Counted from the stretch's first letter, positions 1-9,817 are shown. The stretch: 45,450 nt of DNA from Planctomycetaceae bacterium (GCA_020426395.1 JAGQQC010000001.1:1-45450); one strand, 5' to 3'. Numbers and translations: made by a program. The notes: generated by a model from the letters alone, not told the origin.

Positions 1-1
1 C

Positions 2-883
2 AAAACATTAATCACAGGTGTCGCCGCCGTCGTGGTCGGCTTTTTTGTCTTTGGAACCAGCTTGTGGAGTTACCTCTGCACCACTGCGAATAATGTTCGC
101 GAGTCGGTCAAATCGAGCGTTCCTTTCGAAACGCAAATCGAAGTGGCTGCCAATAACGTCGAAGCGATCCTCCCGGAAATTCGCAAGCACAAACAGCTTG
201 TTGCCAAGCAACAGGTCGAAATGAAGTACCAGCAGGAAGCGATTGAGAAAACGCAGACAGAATTGGAGTCACAGAAAAAAGCAATTTTGGCTCTGCGGGA
301 AATGCTTCAGGATGGGAAATCAACTTATCAGTTCGCTCGACATTCCTACACCGCCGCGGAAGTGGAGTCTGATGTGGCTCAACGTTTCGAGCGTTTCAAA
401 ATTGCTGAAGACGCCTTGAATCGGGAACAGGAAGTCTTTGAAGCCAAGCGGAAAGCCTTACGTGCCAATGAGCAGGCGTTGGATCAAATGTTGAGCCAGA
501 AGAAAACTTTGGAAGCCCAGGTGATCCAGTTGCATGCCCGGTTGAATCAACTGCGGGCTACAGAATCGGTGAAATCGATGGACATCGATGATTCTCAACT
601 GGTTCGCACTCGTAAAATGATCGACGAACTCAACAAACAACTCGACATTCAGGAACGAATCCTGGATGAAGAAGGGGAATTCGTCGGACTGATTCCGGTA
701 GAAGAAGAACTTGAAAACCGACAACACCCGGATCTGTTGAGCGAGATTGATTCTTACTTCAACGATACGCCTTCAACTGAAGAACAATCTGTTGAGGAAG
801 AGCGAGCTCCAGCGGCTGCCGAGAAAGCAGAACCAACCGAGTCCGCCACAACAGTAGAACTTGATTTACAGGCTGCTCTGTAA
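2..883 (+). CDS. Coiled-coil protein with N-terminal hydrophobic segment, PspA/IM30-like (5' partial)
   Basis: The frame is open from base 2 (KTLITGVAAVVVGFFVFG...), so the true start lies upstream of the window. It has long heptad helices, a helix pattern reminiscent of PspA, and an acidic tail. The family assignment is inference. Confidence 0.6.
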   Translation, partial: KTLITGVAAVVVGFFVFGTSLWSYLCTTANNVRESVKSSVPFETQIEVAANNVEAILPEIRKHKQLVAKQQVEMKYQQEAIEKTQTELESQKKAILALREMLQDGKSTYQFARHSYTAAEVESDVAQRFERFKIAEDALNREQEVFEAKRKALRANEQALDQMLSQKKTLEAQVIQLHARLNQLRATESVKSMDIDDSQLVRTRKMIDELNKQLDIQERILDEEGEFVGLIPVEEELENRQHPDLLSEIDSYFNDTPSTEEQSVEEERAPAAAEKAEPTESATTVELDLQAAL

Positions 884-985
884 GTCAAAACCTGTTCCTC
901 GGTTTGTTAACTACCTCGGTCTGTCCCTGACTCGACAGCCAGTTCACAAAGAAATTTCCTCCATACGAGGTTCTTTGGGTTTTTG

Positions 986-1024
986 AAAAAGTCGGTGGCA
1001 GGTTTTCACCTGTCGCCGGCTTTC
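986..1024 (+). terminator. Rho-independent terminator, possibly bidirectional
   Basis: AAAAAGTCGGTGGCAGGT-TTTC-ACCTGTCGCCGGCTTT stem-loop with G-U pairs, flanked by A and T runs, about 100 bp after the stop at 883. Confidence 0.75.
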
Positions 1025-1289
1025 TTCCGGAAAAGGACTTTCCTGCCTGTTTGTTCTCCCATGACAGTTACAGCTTCTAAGTCAGCCATAGAGAACGATT
1101 AAGCAGAAGTGTCTATTTCCAACTTCCCTCAACCTGTTACTTTCTCGGGTTTCGTTGCTCACAGATGTATTCCGATCGGTTATTTTATAAAGGATCTCAA
1201 ACTGCTGAAAATTCTGACTACACAGACAGAATTCTGGTTTTGAGAACGGGTTATCGATCGGGTGTTGAGTCGATTGATTCAGATCAACA

Positions 1290-2024
1290 ATGCTCGAGCC
1301 GAATACTCAATGTGAGCAGACCGTAACTAACATTCCCATGACTTTCACTCAGAATATCAGGCTAGACGAGATGATATTTGCACGTGGAGATTCCTCCCGT
1401 CTGCATACGACGGGCTCTTCCGATTCCGGAGAGAGTCATCTGCCAAGTCGCCTGTTTTTATGGGTCGATCAGGTAGGAGGGTATCTCGTCTGTCTGAATG
1501 AGGATGTGACGATCGGAGCGGTGACGGGGGAGAAGGAAGAAGTCGACATTCCTGTGATGGCGAACCTGTCGCGACATCATGCGACCATTCGTCGCCAGGG
1601 AGAATCGTATCTGATCAGTTCACAAGCTCCAGCCTATCTGGGATCGAAATTGATCGAGCATGAATCCTGGCTCTCTTCAAATAGCGAAATTCAGATGGCG
1701 GGTGTGGGGTTCCGGTTTCGGCAACCGACGGTTCTTTCGGGGACAGCCGTACTGGATTCACTCACGTCGCATCGAATTGCAGGAGGAGCGCAAGGAATCG
1801 TGTTGATGGAAGAATTATGTTTGCTCGGACCGGCAGCCGATCACCATATCGTCTGTCGGTTCTGGACTGATCCGATCATTTTGTTTCGGCGCGGTGGTCA
1901 ACTTTTGTGTAAATCGCCTGGCCCCTTGTTTGTGGATGGGGAGCTGGCGAAAGAAGAAGCCGTTGTGACGCATGGAAACATAATTACCGGAACAGATTCC
2001 CGGTTTCGCATTGAGTACTGTTAA
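1290..2024 (+). CDS. FHA-domain protein (two FHA-like repeats, degenerate)
   Basis: VTIG...DIPVMANLSRHHATIRR FHA core, plus a second repeat LCLLG..DHHIVC...LFVDG...IITG..SRFRIE. The start may be later (1338 or 1371). Confidence 0.75.
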   Translation: MLEPNTQCEQTVTNIPMTFTQNIRLDEMIFARGDSSRLHTTGSSDSGESHLPSRLFLWVDQVGGYLVCLNEDVTIGAVTGEKEEVDIPVMANLSRHHATIRRQGESYLISSQAPAYLGSKLIEHESWLSSNSEIQMAGVGFRFRQPTVLSGTAVLDSLTSHRIAGGAQGIVLMEELCLLGPAADHHIVCRFWTDPIILFRRGGQLLCKSPGPLFVDGELAKEEAVVTHGNIITGTDSRFRIEYC

Positions 2025-2091
2025 CCTGTTATCATTAAAGGAGTGTTCTACAAACAAATACTATTGATCTGATCCAGAAAGATTTTGAGCG

Positions 2092-2325
2092 ATGGAAATC
2101 GTTGCCCTGTTATTTTTTATCCTGATTTTCGCGTTGTCCTTCGTCATTCCCATAGCGATGATCGCCCTCATGATCTGGATGGTCATTGATTGTGCCACGA
2201 ATGAACCGAGTGAAGGGACGGATAAACTGGTTTGGATTCTGGTGATTCTATTCGTCCCTCTGGTTGGCCCGTTGATTTATTACTTCGTCCGCCGGCCAGA
2301 ACGAATTCGAACTGAAGGTAAATGA
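2092..2325 (+). CDS. PLDc_N (cardiolipin synthase N-terminal-like) small membrane protein
   Basis: IWMVIDC...K.VWILVILFVPLVGPLIYYFV signature of stand-alone PLDc_N proteins. Confidence 0.85.
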   Translation: MEIVALLFFILIFALSFVIPIAMIALMIWMVIDCATNEPSEGTDKLVWILVILFVPLVGPLIYYFVRRPERIRTEGK

Positions 2326-2367
2326 TTTTCCCCGTTCAATTTATTGCAAGCGGTTGAAAGCTCAACA

Positions 2368-2589
2368 ATGGAATTTTTAGCTCCGTTATTTATATGCGGT
2401 ATCTTTGTTATTCAAATTGCCATGCTCGCATTTGTGATTTGGATGGTCATCGATTGTGCCATGAACGAACCGAATCAGGGAACTGAAAAAATCGTCTGGA
2501 TCCTGGTTATTATTTTCGTCCCGTTGGCGGGCCCTTTTATTTATTACTTTGTTCGCCGTCCGGAACGAATAGCCACCCACGGCAAGTGA
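2368..2589 (+). CDS. PLDc_N small membrane protein, tandem paralog
   Basis: Same WMVIDC / KIVWILVIIFVPLAGPFIYYFVRRPERI motif. The ATG at 2368 aligns with the paralog start. Confidence 0.85.
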   Translation: MEFLAPLFICGIFVIQIAMLAFVIWMVIDCAMNEPNQGTEKIVWILVIIFVPLAGPFIYYFVRRPERIATHGK

Positions 2590-2747
2590 ACGGAAAATTC
2601 AAGTTTTTACAGGAAACGACTATTTCGGGAACAATTTTGGAAATCTGTGAGGCCATAAAGAGCGTTCTCACTGTGAAGCGGAATTGTTTGTTCTCACGTT
2701 TTTACTAATCCACCATTAACACAACCAGGTGACAGGGTCCCAGGGCC

Positions 2748-4775
2748 ATGAAATTTGCCTTCGCACCAGAATCGAAACCGCTGGAAGGATACACGATCAA
2801 ACGTGCTATTCACCGGGGAGGGTTTGGCGAAGTTTATTACGCCCTCAGCGATGCGGGTAAGGAAGTCGCGCTCAAACTGCTCCGCCAGAATATGGATGTC
2901 GAATTGCGCGGAGTGACCCAGTGCTTGAATCTGAAACATCCCAACCTGGTTTCTATCTTCGACATCAAGGAAGATAGTGACGGTGATCACTGGATCATCA
3001 TGGAGTATGTTGCGGGGAAAACTCTGGACGAGATTCTGGATGAGTACCCCAGCGGCATGCCTTTGGAAAAAGTTTCCAAGTGGATGGAGCAAATCTGCCT
3101 GGGACTAAACTTTTTGCACGACCGCGGAATCGTACACCGCGACATGAAGCCGGCCAATCTGTTCATCGAAGATGACTTCGTCAAAATTGGCGATATAGGC
3201 CTCTCGAAATTCATCACCCAAAGCCGACGAAGTGCGCAAACACAATCGGTGGGTACCGTGTATTACATGGCCCCTGAAGTGGCCCACGGTCGGTATGGGC
3301 ATGAAGTCGATGTCTATGCACTGGGCATCATCCTGTATGAATTGATCACTGGACGAGTTCCTTTTGAAGGGGAATCGACCGGCGAAATTTTGATGAAACA
3401 TCTAACCGACAAACCCGATTTGAACCGGTTGCCGGAATCGTTTCGGGGATTGATCTCACGGGCACTAGAAAAGGATCCGCAAAAACGAACCAGTTCTGTT
3501 AACCAGTTCTGGAATGAGTTGCAATCGGCCATGCGCGGGGATTCGGAAGCGATGGAGATTCCAGAAAGCTCGTTCAAACCGGTTGCCGGTCCGGACATGG
3601 ATATCGACCTGAATGCGGGTCGTCGTAAACAGCCTGAGATTGAAGTCAGTCTCGATTCCCCACCTCGATCGAAACCCGCTCCAGAACCTGTTGCTTCTCA
3701 GGCCTCCCCGACCGGTTCTCCCTACCACAAAGCACACAAGCAGGCTGAAAAACCATTTAAGTCCAGCCTGCATAGTTTGCTCGACTGGTATAACGCCCAG
3801 CCCTCAGTGACCCAGGCGGTTTTGATTTTTGGCGTCCTGGTGGTGGTGTTCTTCTCCGGTTTGTTACCCGTGGTAATTGTTTTGGGGATCGGAGCGCTGA
3901 TGGTATGGGGGTTTTATACCTTCCTGATGGCCTTGGTGGGCGAAGATGGAACCAAAGGAGCTTCCACCTCATCACCTGCTCCACCGCCAGTCGAGACCAA
4001 AACGCAACCACTTCATCCAGTGGCTCAAACGGTCGACCAATTCAAGCACAAGGTAAAACAGAAAGTCCGGCACTGGACTGACAAGCAGATTCTGAAACGG
4101 ACTCCGCCAGAAACGGTCCGTCATATCAGCTTGTTTCAACGCGTGACCGAATTAACCAGTTCGTTATCACTCTCTGTTCTCTATATTGCGATTTTTTCCA
4201 GCCTGTACTTGTTCATCTCCGAGGGGGGAGTCGCCGAGAGTCTGCCAACGGTTTTCTACCTGGGTTCCACGACCTTACTGATCGTCTGGTCGATTTTGAC
4301 AGTCTCCAAGCTGACAGAAGGAACGAAAATATCCGGTTTATATCGTCGCTGCCTGTTGATTCCTGCAGCGCTACTGATGGGAAGCGCGGCATATGGATTA
4401 TCTCACTATCTCATGGTTTTTCCGGACATGGATTTTACTCGTCAGGATACGATTTTTACGGAAGCGAATAACAAGATTTCGGATGTCCTGCTAATTGCCC
4501 AAAATCAGCCGACCTGGGATGGATACCTCTGTTTCTTCCTTGGGTTTTTCTTTATCCGAGGGTGGTGGGGAGTCTCCGACAGTTACCGCAAGAAAAAATT
4601 GAGCATTGGAACCATCCTTTGGAGTGGATTGGTGACCACGATTCAAATCAGTATTTTTGCTTTCCCGTTTGAACTGGCGTTCTTCTGGTCGGTGGTCGCC
4701 ACGACCGTCTTTCAACTGGCGACGGTCTGGACCCCGCCACGCGACCGGTTATATATCGCGGAGGACCGATCATAA
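2748..4775 (+). CDS. Hanks-type Ser/Thr protein kinase with C-terminal multi-pass membrane domain
   Basis: RGGFGEVY, VALK, HRDMKPAN, DIG (at the DFG position), GTVYYMAPE and DVYALG motifs, then a Pro-rich linker and about 8 hydrophobic segments. Confidence 0.92.
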   Translation: MKFAFAPESKPLEGYTIKRAIHRGGFGEVYYALSDAGKEVALKLLRQNMDVELRGVTQCLNLKHPNLVSIFDIKEDSDGDHWIIMEYVAGKTLDEILDEYPSGMPLEKVSKWMEQICLGLNFLHDRGIVHRDMKPANLFIEDDFVKIGDIGLSKFITQSRRSAQTQSVGTVYYMAPEVAHGRYGHEVDVYALGIILYELITGRVPFEGESTGEILMKHLTDKPDLNRLPESFRGLISRALEKDPQKRTSSVNQFWNELQSAMRGDSEAMEIPESSFKPVAGPDMDIDLNAGRRKQPEIEVSLDSPPRSKPAPEPVASQASPTGSPYHKAHKQAEKPFKSSLHSLLDWYNAQPSVTQAVLIFGVLVVVFFSGLLPVVIVLGIGALMVWGFYTFLMALVGEDGTKGASTSSPAPPPVETKTQPLHPVAQTVDQFKHKVKQKVRHWTDKQILKRTPPETVRHISLFQRVTELTSSLSLSVLYIAIFSSLYLFISEGGVAESLPTVFYLGSTTLLIVWSILTVSKLTEGTKISGLYRRCLLIPAALLMGSAAYGLSHYLMVFPDMDFTRQDTIFTEANNKISDVLLIAQNQPTWDGYLCFFLGFFFIRGWWGVSDSYRKKKLSIGTILWSGLVTTIQISIFAFPFELAFFWSVVATTVFQLATVWTPPRDRLYIAEDRS

Positions 4776-6451
4776 TGGAAATGCAAACGACTCCTTCCTG
4801 GTTTTTAATTCTGATACTCATCGCCATTGTCGGTGCAGTTATTGTCGCTGGTTTGGTGGGGCTCGTATTCGTTTTTTGCAAGACCTCCCCTGTGGGAAGA
4901 AAACGGATGCTCATCGTGGGAGGGATTTGTATCCCGCTGTCGTTACTCCTCTTGGTATTTATCAGGTTTTCTGCATTCACGAGTTCTGCACATGTAGTTG
5001 AAGGGCATGAAGTCGCGCCCGATGCAGAAATAAGAGTTGGACTGATTCCATCCCATGGCGAAACTATTCCGCATGATTCTCACCCTTTAGACCACGAACA
5101 TGCGACAGTGGAAGTGACGACGGACACCCATGGAGTGGTGGTCACTCAAAAAGGGCCGAACGTTGTTTCTGTAAATTCATCACATCGTGACACATCGCGT
5201 CATGAGCTGCATTTGAAACCGCAGTTAGATTTAATATTGATTTTTACGTTGCTTTTGGGATTTGTTTTCCTGGGATTTCTGATTTGGTTGCTTTATCGAT
5301 CAGACCGCTTTCGCGCGGTGGCTCTGGCGCTGATGGTGGGTGGGGTGTTGTTCGTAGCATTGTTCTCCCTGAAAGTGGGGTTCGTGGCCATCCAGACATT
5401 GGCGATGGATGCAACTGCGACAGTTTCCTCAAGTACCGGCGAATCCGTCGTGACTTCGCATCCAGCTGATTTGCAGGATTACATCGCGAAATCCAGTTTG
5501 ATCTTTGCGATGATTGCAGGAGTCTGTTCCCTCATCTTCGCGTTCGCAATGTATGTTTACTTTGTCAGTCGTAAACAGACCGTCGGTGTGAAATCGAGCC
5601 GGTTTCTGCAATCCACATTATGGGCCTTGCCCGTGGTGTTAATTTCCGGAATAGTACTCCTGAAATATATGGATCATCTGCATCGGTCGATTCATACTTC
5701 GAACGAAATCGTCACCCCGGAGGGTATCTGGGGCCAGATTGATCCTGACTATGGCGGGTTTGCGGCAGATCGAGTTCTGGAAGTGAACGATGATCTCCCT
5801 CTCGTAGAATTGGAACAAAAAGTTGCCAAGCTACCCACGGATCTACCTGCTAACTCGGAAGAGGAACCCACGGAAGCCGCTGCCGCAGCAGTGGAGTTAC
5901 CCGCGGTTGTTTACCCGGAATGGATCACCAAGGGAGAAGACGTTCAGCAATTCTTCCGCGATGAAGGAAAAGTGTTTCGATTCACGGTGATGAGTGATCT
6001 CTACGAATCAAACGCTGCGGCTATTCAAGATGCGATGAGTCAGTTGTCTCAAAAAACGACCAGAGTATACCAAAGCGAAATGCGGGGATCGGTATTACAA
6101 GAGATTCCGGAAGAACTGTTGCGAGATTCTGCCATCATTCACACCTATGGAGTCGCTGGACTGGTCTCGACGGAACAAAGCAAGTTTCCCATGTACCGTG
6201 TCTGGCTCGATTGTGAAGTCAGTACCGGTGAAAGTTCGGTTCCGTTTCAATATTGGAAAGGTGTGATGGTACAGCACCGCATGTGGACACTCGCCAGTCT
6301 GATTGGATTTTTTGTATTGGTCTTCGTCTCACTTTCGGTACTGTTCCGGCTGAATCACTTTTCCAAAGGGCAATTCGAAAGACGGCTGAAGCTGGCTTAC
6401 ATCATCCTGATCCTGGTTGCTGGGTTTGGCGTGATGTCGTTGATTGCCTGA
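4775..6451 (+). CDS. Multi-pass membrane protein of unknown function with a His-rich loop
   Basis: 558 aa ORF with a TAATG overlap on the kinase stop. About 8 hydrophobic segments occur in pairs, with a large soluble domain before the last pair. Confidence 0.8.
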   Translation: MEMQTTPSWFLILILIAIVGAVIVAGLVGLVFVFCKTSPVGRKRMLIVGGICIPLSLLLLVFIRFSAFTSSAHVVEGHEVAPDAEIRVGLIPSHGETIPHDSHPLDHEHATVEVTTDTHGVVVTQKGPNVVSVNSSHRDTSRHELHLKPQLDLILIFTLLLGFVFLGFLIWLLYRSDRFRAVALALMVGGVLFVALFSLKVGFVAIQTLAMDATATVSSSTGESVVTSHPADLQDYIAKSSLIFAMIAGVCSLIFAFAMYVYFVSRKQTVGVKSSRFLQSTLWALPVVLISGIVLLKYMDHLHRSIHTSNEIVTPEGIWGQIDPDYGGFAADRVLEVNDDLPLVELEQKVAKLPTDLPANSEEEPTEAAAAAVELPAVVYPEWITKGEDVQQFFRDEGKVFRFTVMSDLYESNAAAIQDAMSQLSQKTTRVYQSEMRGSVLQEIPEELLRDSAIIHTYGVAGLVSTEQSKFPMYRVWLDCEVSTGESSVPFQYWKGVMVQHRMWTLASLIGFFVLVFVSLSVLFRLNHFSKGQFERRLKLAYIILILVAGFGVMSLIA

Positions 6452-6475
6452 AAATGCTCCCTGTCGAAACAGAAG

Positions 6476-6513
6476 AAAAGCCGGTTGGATTAATCAGAAA
6501 TCCAACCGGCTTT
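6476..6513. terminator. Bidirectional Rho-independent terminator
   Basis: AAAGCCGGTTGGAT-N9-ATCCAACCGGCTTT perfect inverted repeat between convergent genes. Confidence 0.85.
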
Positions 6514-6544
6514 GTGCTTTTCTCAATCTCAAGTGGCGAGCGGC

Positions 6545-7576
6545 CTATTTGAAGAATTCGGCGGCTTCTTTGAGGATGTCGAGGTCGAGCGTTCGGAGTT
6601 CACCGACCGCATCTGCCAGGGCAACATCAACAACGTCGGTACCACGGAGAGCCACCATACGCCCTCTGGCGCCACTGGCAGCCAGTCGACCGGCGTGCAC
6701 ACCCAGACGGGTTCCGAGGACACGGTCGTATGCGGAAGGTGTACCGCCCCGTTGCAGGTGACCCAGGGTAACCCAGCGGGTTTCGATGTCCGTTTTCTTT
6801 TCGATAATTTCGGCAACCACTTCCCCGATTCCTCCGAGGGCGACGTGTCCGAAGTCATCGACTTCACCGTGCTGAGTTACATAACCTTGATCTTTGGAGA
6901 TATGAGCCCCTTCCGAAACCACGACGATACCGTAGTTTTTACCGGCGGCGCGACGTTTTTTCAGCAGGGCACACATTTCTTCGATGTTTGCAGGGACTTC
7001 GGGGACCATCACATAATCCGCAGCGGAAGCAATCGCGGAGTAACAGGCAATCCAACCGGCGTGGCGTCCCATCGTTTCGATGACGATCACCCGGCGGTGA
7101 GATTCTGCGGTTGTCCGCAAGCGGTCGATGGCTTCCATCACGATGTTGATCGAGGTGTCGAAACCGAAGGTGACGTCGGTGCTGTTGAGGTCGTTGTCGA
7201 TCGTTTTCGGACAGCCAATCGTGGCGAGGTTGTATTCGGCATGCAGTTTATTGGCAACACCTAACGTGTCGTCTCCCCCAATGGCGACCAGACAGTCGAG
7301 TTCCATCTTTTTGAAGTTTTCGAGAATCTTCTCAACCAGTGACGGATCCTTGTGGGGATTCGTGCGGGAAGAACCAAGGATCGTTCCCCCTTTGAAAATG
7401 ATGTCGCTGCAAGATTCGGGAGTCAGTTCAATATAGTTTCCTTCAATCGGCCCGCGCCAACCTTCGAGAAAACCGATGGTCTGCCCACCAGCATTAGCGA
7501 CAGTTTGCACAACGCCACGAATGACCGGGTTCAGACCAGGACAGTCTCCACCACCGGTTAAAATACCAACTTTCAT
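6545..7576 (-). CDS. pfkA: 6-phosphofructokinase (group III-like, likely PPi-dependent)
   Basis: [37 protein letters not shown] and LGHLQRGG motifs. Start at MKVGIL (7576) preferred. Confidence 0.93.
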   Translation of the reverse strand: MKVGILTGGGDCPGLNPVIRGVVQTVANAGGQTIGFLEGWRGPIEGNYIELTPESCSDIIFKGGTILGSSRTNPHKDPSLVEKILENFKKMELDCLVAIGGDDTLGVANKLHAEYNLATIGCPKTIDNDLNSTDVTFGFDTSINIVMEAIDRLRTTAESHRRVIVIETMGRHAGWIACYSAIASAADYVMVPEVPANIEEMCALLKKRRAAGKNYGIVVVSEGAHISKDQGYVTQHGEVDDFGHVALGGIGEVVAEIIEKKTDIETRWVTLGHLQRGGTPSAYDRVLGTRLGVHAGRLAASGARGRMVALRGTDVVDVALADAVGELRTLDLDILKEAAEFFK

Positions 7577-7830
7577 GGAAAACCTCATTCTGTGTAACAG
7601 TAGTTATTCGGATTAGGAACCCGGTTTCGCAGGCCGCATTTGTCCATTTCCAGACTGTGAAAGCTGGAAACGGAATGCGGGCGTAAACCCAGGGAGGAAC
7701 AGTCACTCCACTCGAACCGGACAGAATAGCACTTTCAACGGAGTGCGGCCGTCATCGGGTTCAAGTATCTCGACAGGGCTCAGGTGGCGCTGTCTGGTGG
7801 ATTACGCTTCTTCGGGAATGAGCCGGGTTG

Positions 7831-9168
7831 TTACCAGGTTCGTTCCACGAATGTTGTATCCACCTGTCCTTCGACAAACTCGGAGTTGTTGAAGATTTTT
7901 TTGGCGAGAGGGATGGTTGTTTTAATACCACCCACTTCGATTTCTTCGAGGGCTCGACGCATGCAGTTGATGGCTTGTTCACGCGTCGGTTTATGAATAA
8001 TTAATTTTCCGATAAGGGAATCGTAATAAGGGCTGACGGTATATCCTTCATACACGTGCGAGTCGAACCGGACTCCCGCTCCACCGGGGAGGCGCAGCTT
8101 GGTGATTTTTCCTGGCGATCCCCGGAAATCATTTTCCGGATCTTCCGCATTGATTCGGAGTTCGATCGCACACCCGTTGGCAGGAATTTGTTTCTGTTTG
8201 ATTTTCAGTTTCTCGCCGGCGGCGACTCGAATCTGCTGTTCGATCAAATCGAGCCCGGTGACCATTTCTGTCACGGGGTGTTCGACCTGGATTCGAGCAT
8301 TGACTTCAATGAAGTAGAAATTGTGATCTTTGTCGACCAGAAACTCAACGGTTCCGGCGTTGTTATAGTTGGCTTCTTTGACCAGCCGGATGGCGGCTTT
8401 ACACATTTCTTCACGAACAGCCAGCGGTAGGTTAGGGGCGGGGCTTTCTTCCACCAGTTTTTGGTGTTTCCGCTGCATGGTGCAGTCGCGTTCCCACAGG
8501 TGCAGGGCATTGCCATGCTGATCGGCCAATACCTGAACTTCGACGTGGCGAGGGCGTTCGATGAATTTTTCGAGGTAGACCCCGGCGTTTGAGAATGCTT
8601 TTTCGGCTTCCGAAGAGGCGGCTTTCAGGCCGGCTTTCAGAGCGATGTCGTTTCCAGCAACCCGCATCCCTTTTCCACCACCACCCGCGGTTGCCTTAAT
8701 GAGGACGGGGTAACCGATTTTTTGAGCAATTTCGATCGCCTCTTTTTCAGAGGTAATCAGCCCGTCGGAACCGGGAACGAGATTGACTTTCGCTTTCTCT
8801 GCGATTTCGCGGGCAGAAACCTTGTCTCCCAGTTTGGCCATGGCTTCGTGTGGGGGACCAATGAATTCGATGTTACAGCTACGACAGACTTCAGCGAAAT
8901 GGGCGTTCTCCGCCAGGAAACCGTATCCCGGATGGATTGCCTGTACGTTGCCAATTTCCGCAGCGCTGATAATGCGATTGATCGTCAGGTAACTTTCGCT
9001 CGCCGGAGCCGGACCGATGCAATAAGCTTCGTTCGCCAGTTTTAAGTAATGAGCGCCCCGATCCGCTTCGCTGAAAACAGCGACGGTTTCGATACCCATT
9101 TCGCGGCAGGTGCGAATAATTCGCAAGGCAATTTCGCCACGGTTGGCGACCAGAATTCGCTGAAACAT
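7831..9168 (-). CDS. accC: Acetyl-CoA carboxylase, biotin carboxylase subunit
   Basis: [42 protein letters not shown] and YDSLIGKLI motifs. Confidence 0.96.
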   Translation of the reverse strand: MFQRILVANRGEIALRIIRTCREMGIETVAVFSEADRGAHYLKLANEAYCIGPAPASESYLTINRIISAAEIGNVQAIHPGYGFLAENAHFAEVCRSCNIEFIGPPHEAMAKLGDKVSAREIAEKAKVNLVPGSDGLITSEKEAIEIAQKIGYPVLIKATAGGGGKGMRVAGNDIALKAGLKAASSEAEKAFSNAGVYLEKFIERPRHVEVQVLADQHGNALHLWERDCTMQRKHQKLVEESPAPNLPLAVREEMCKAAIRLVKEANYNNAGTVEFLVDKDHNFYFIEVNARIQVEHPVTEMVTGLDLIEQQIRVAAGEKLKIKQKQIPANGCAIELRINAEDPENDFRGSPGKITKLRLPGGAGVRFDSHVYEGYTVSPYYDSLIGKLIIHKPTREQAINCMRRALEEIEVGGIKTTIPLAKKIFNNSEFVEGQVDTTFVERTW

Positions 9169-9313
9169 GGATGGAATCTATTACGGTTTTAAGGCTGTTG
9201 AATTACAAAAGACCACTTGCCGAAGCTGAGGTTACCCCAACGTGATCACCGCTACGGGAGTCCGAAGGCGTTCGATTCGTTTCGAACCGGAATGCAGCAA
9301 TCATAGCTGGAGA

Positions 9314-9817
9314 TTAACTGATTTTCACTTTGAACAGAGGCTGACCGAAATCGACTGCGTCTCCATTTTTTACGAGCACTTCGACGATTGTTCCGGAAAC
9401 CTCGGCTTGAATCTGGTTGAAGACTTTCATCGCTTCGATCAGGCAGACGGTCGAGTCGGCGGAAACTTTGGAGCCGACTTTGACAAAGGCAGGATCGTCG
9501 GGACTGGGCGATTCGTAAAAAGTTCCGACCGTGGGCGATTTAATATCAACCAGATTTTCATCAACAGGGGCGGCTTCCGGGGCGGGAGCTACACCACCAG
9601 CCGGCGCCGCAGCCGCCACCGGGGCGGGAGCAGCCATGGGCATTTGAGGCATAGCGAAGCTGGGCATCACCTGTTCGGCTCCCCGTTTGACTCGCCAGTG
9701 TTGTTCGCCACATTTCAGGCTGACGTCGGAAAGATCATGTTTTTCCATCAGCTCAACGAGTTCACGGAATTTCTCCAGATCGAACGTTGAAGACTGATCT
9801 GATTTTTCGGCAGACAT
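9314..9817 (-). CDS. accB: Acetyl-CoA carboxylase, biotin carboxyl carrier protein
   Basis: [13 protein letters not shown] biotinylation motif, Ala/Pro linker; lies upstream of accC. Confidence 0.96.
   Translation of the reverse strand: MSAEKSDQSSTFDLEKFRELVELMEKHDLSDVSLKCGEQHWRVKRGAEQVMPSFAMPQMPMAAPAPVAAAAPAGGVAPAPEAAPVDENLVDIKSPTVGTFYESPSPDDPAFVKVGSKVSADSTVCLIEAMKVFNQIQAEVSGTIVEVLVKNGDAVDFGQPLFKVKIS

Noticed and set aside
6512-7264. 250 aa + strand ORF
   Set aside because: Antisense shadow of pfkA with no recognisable motifs.
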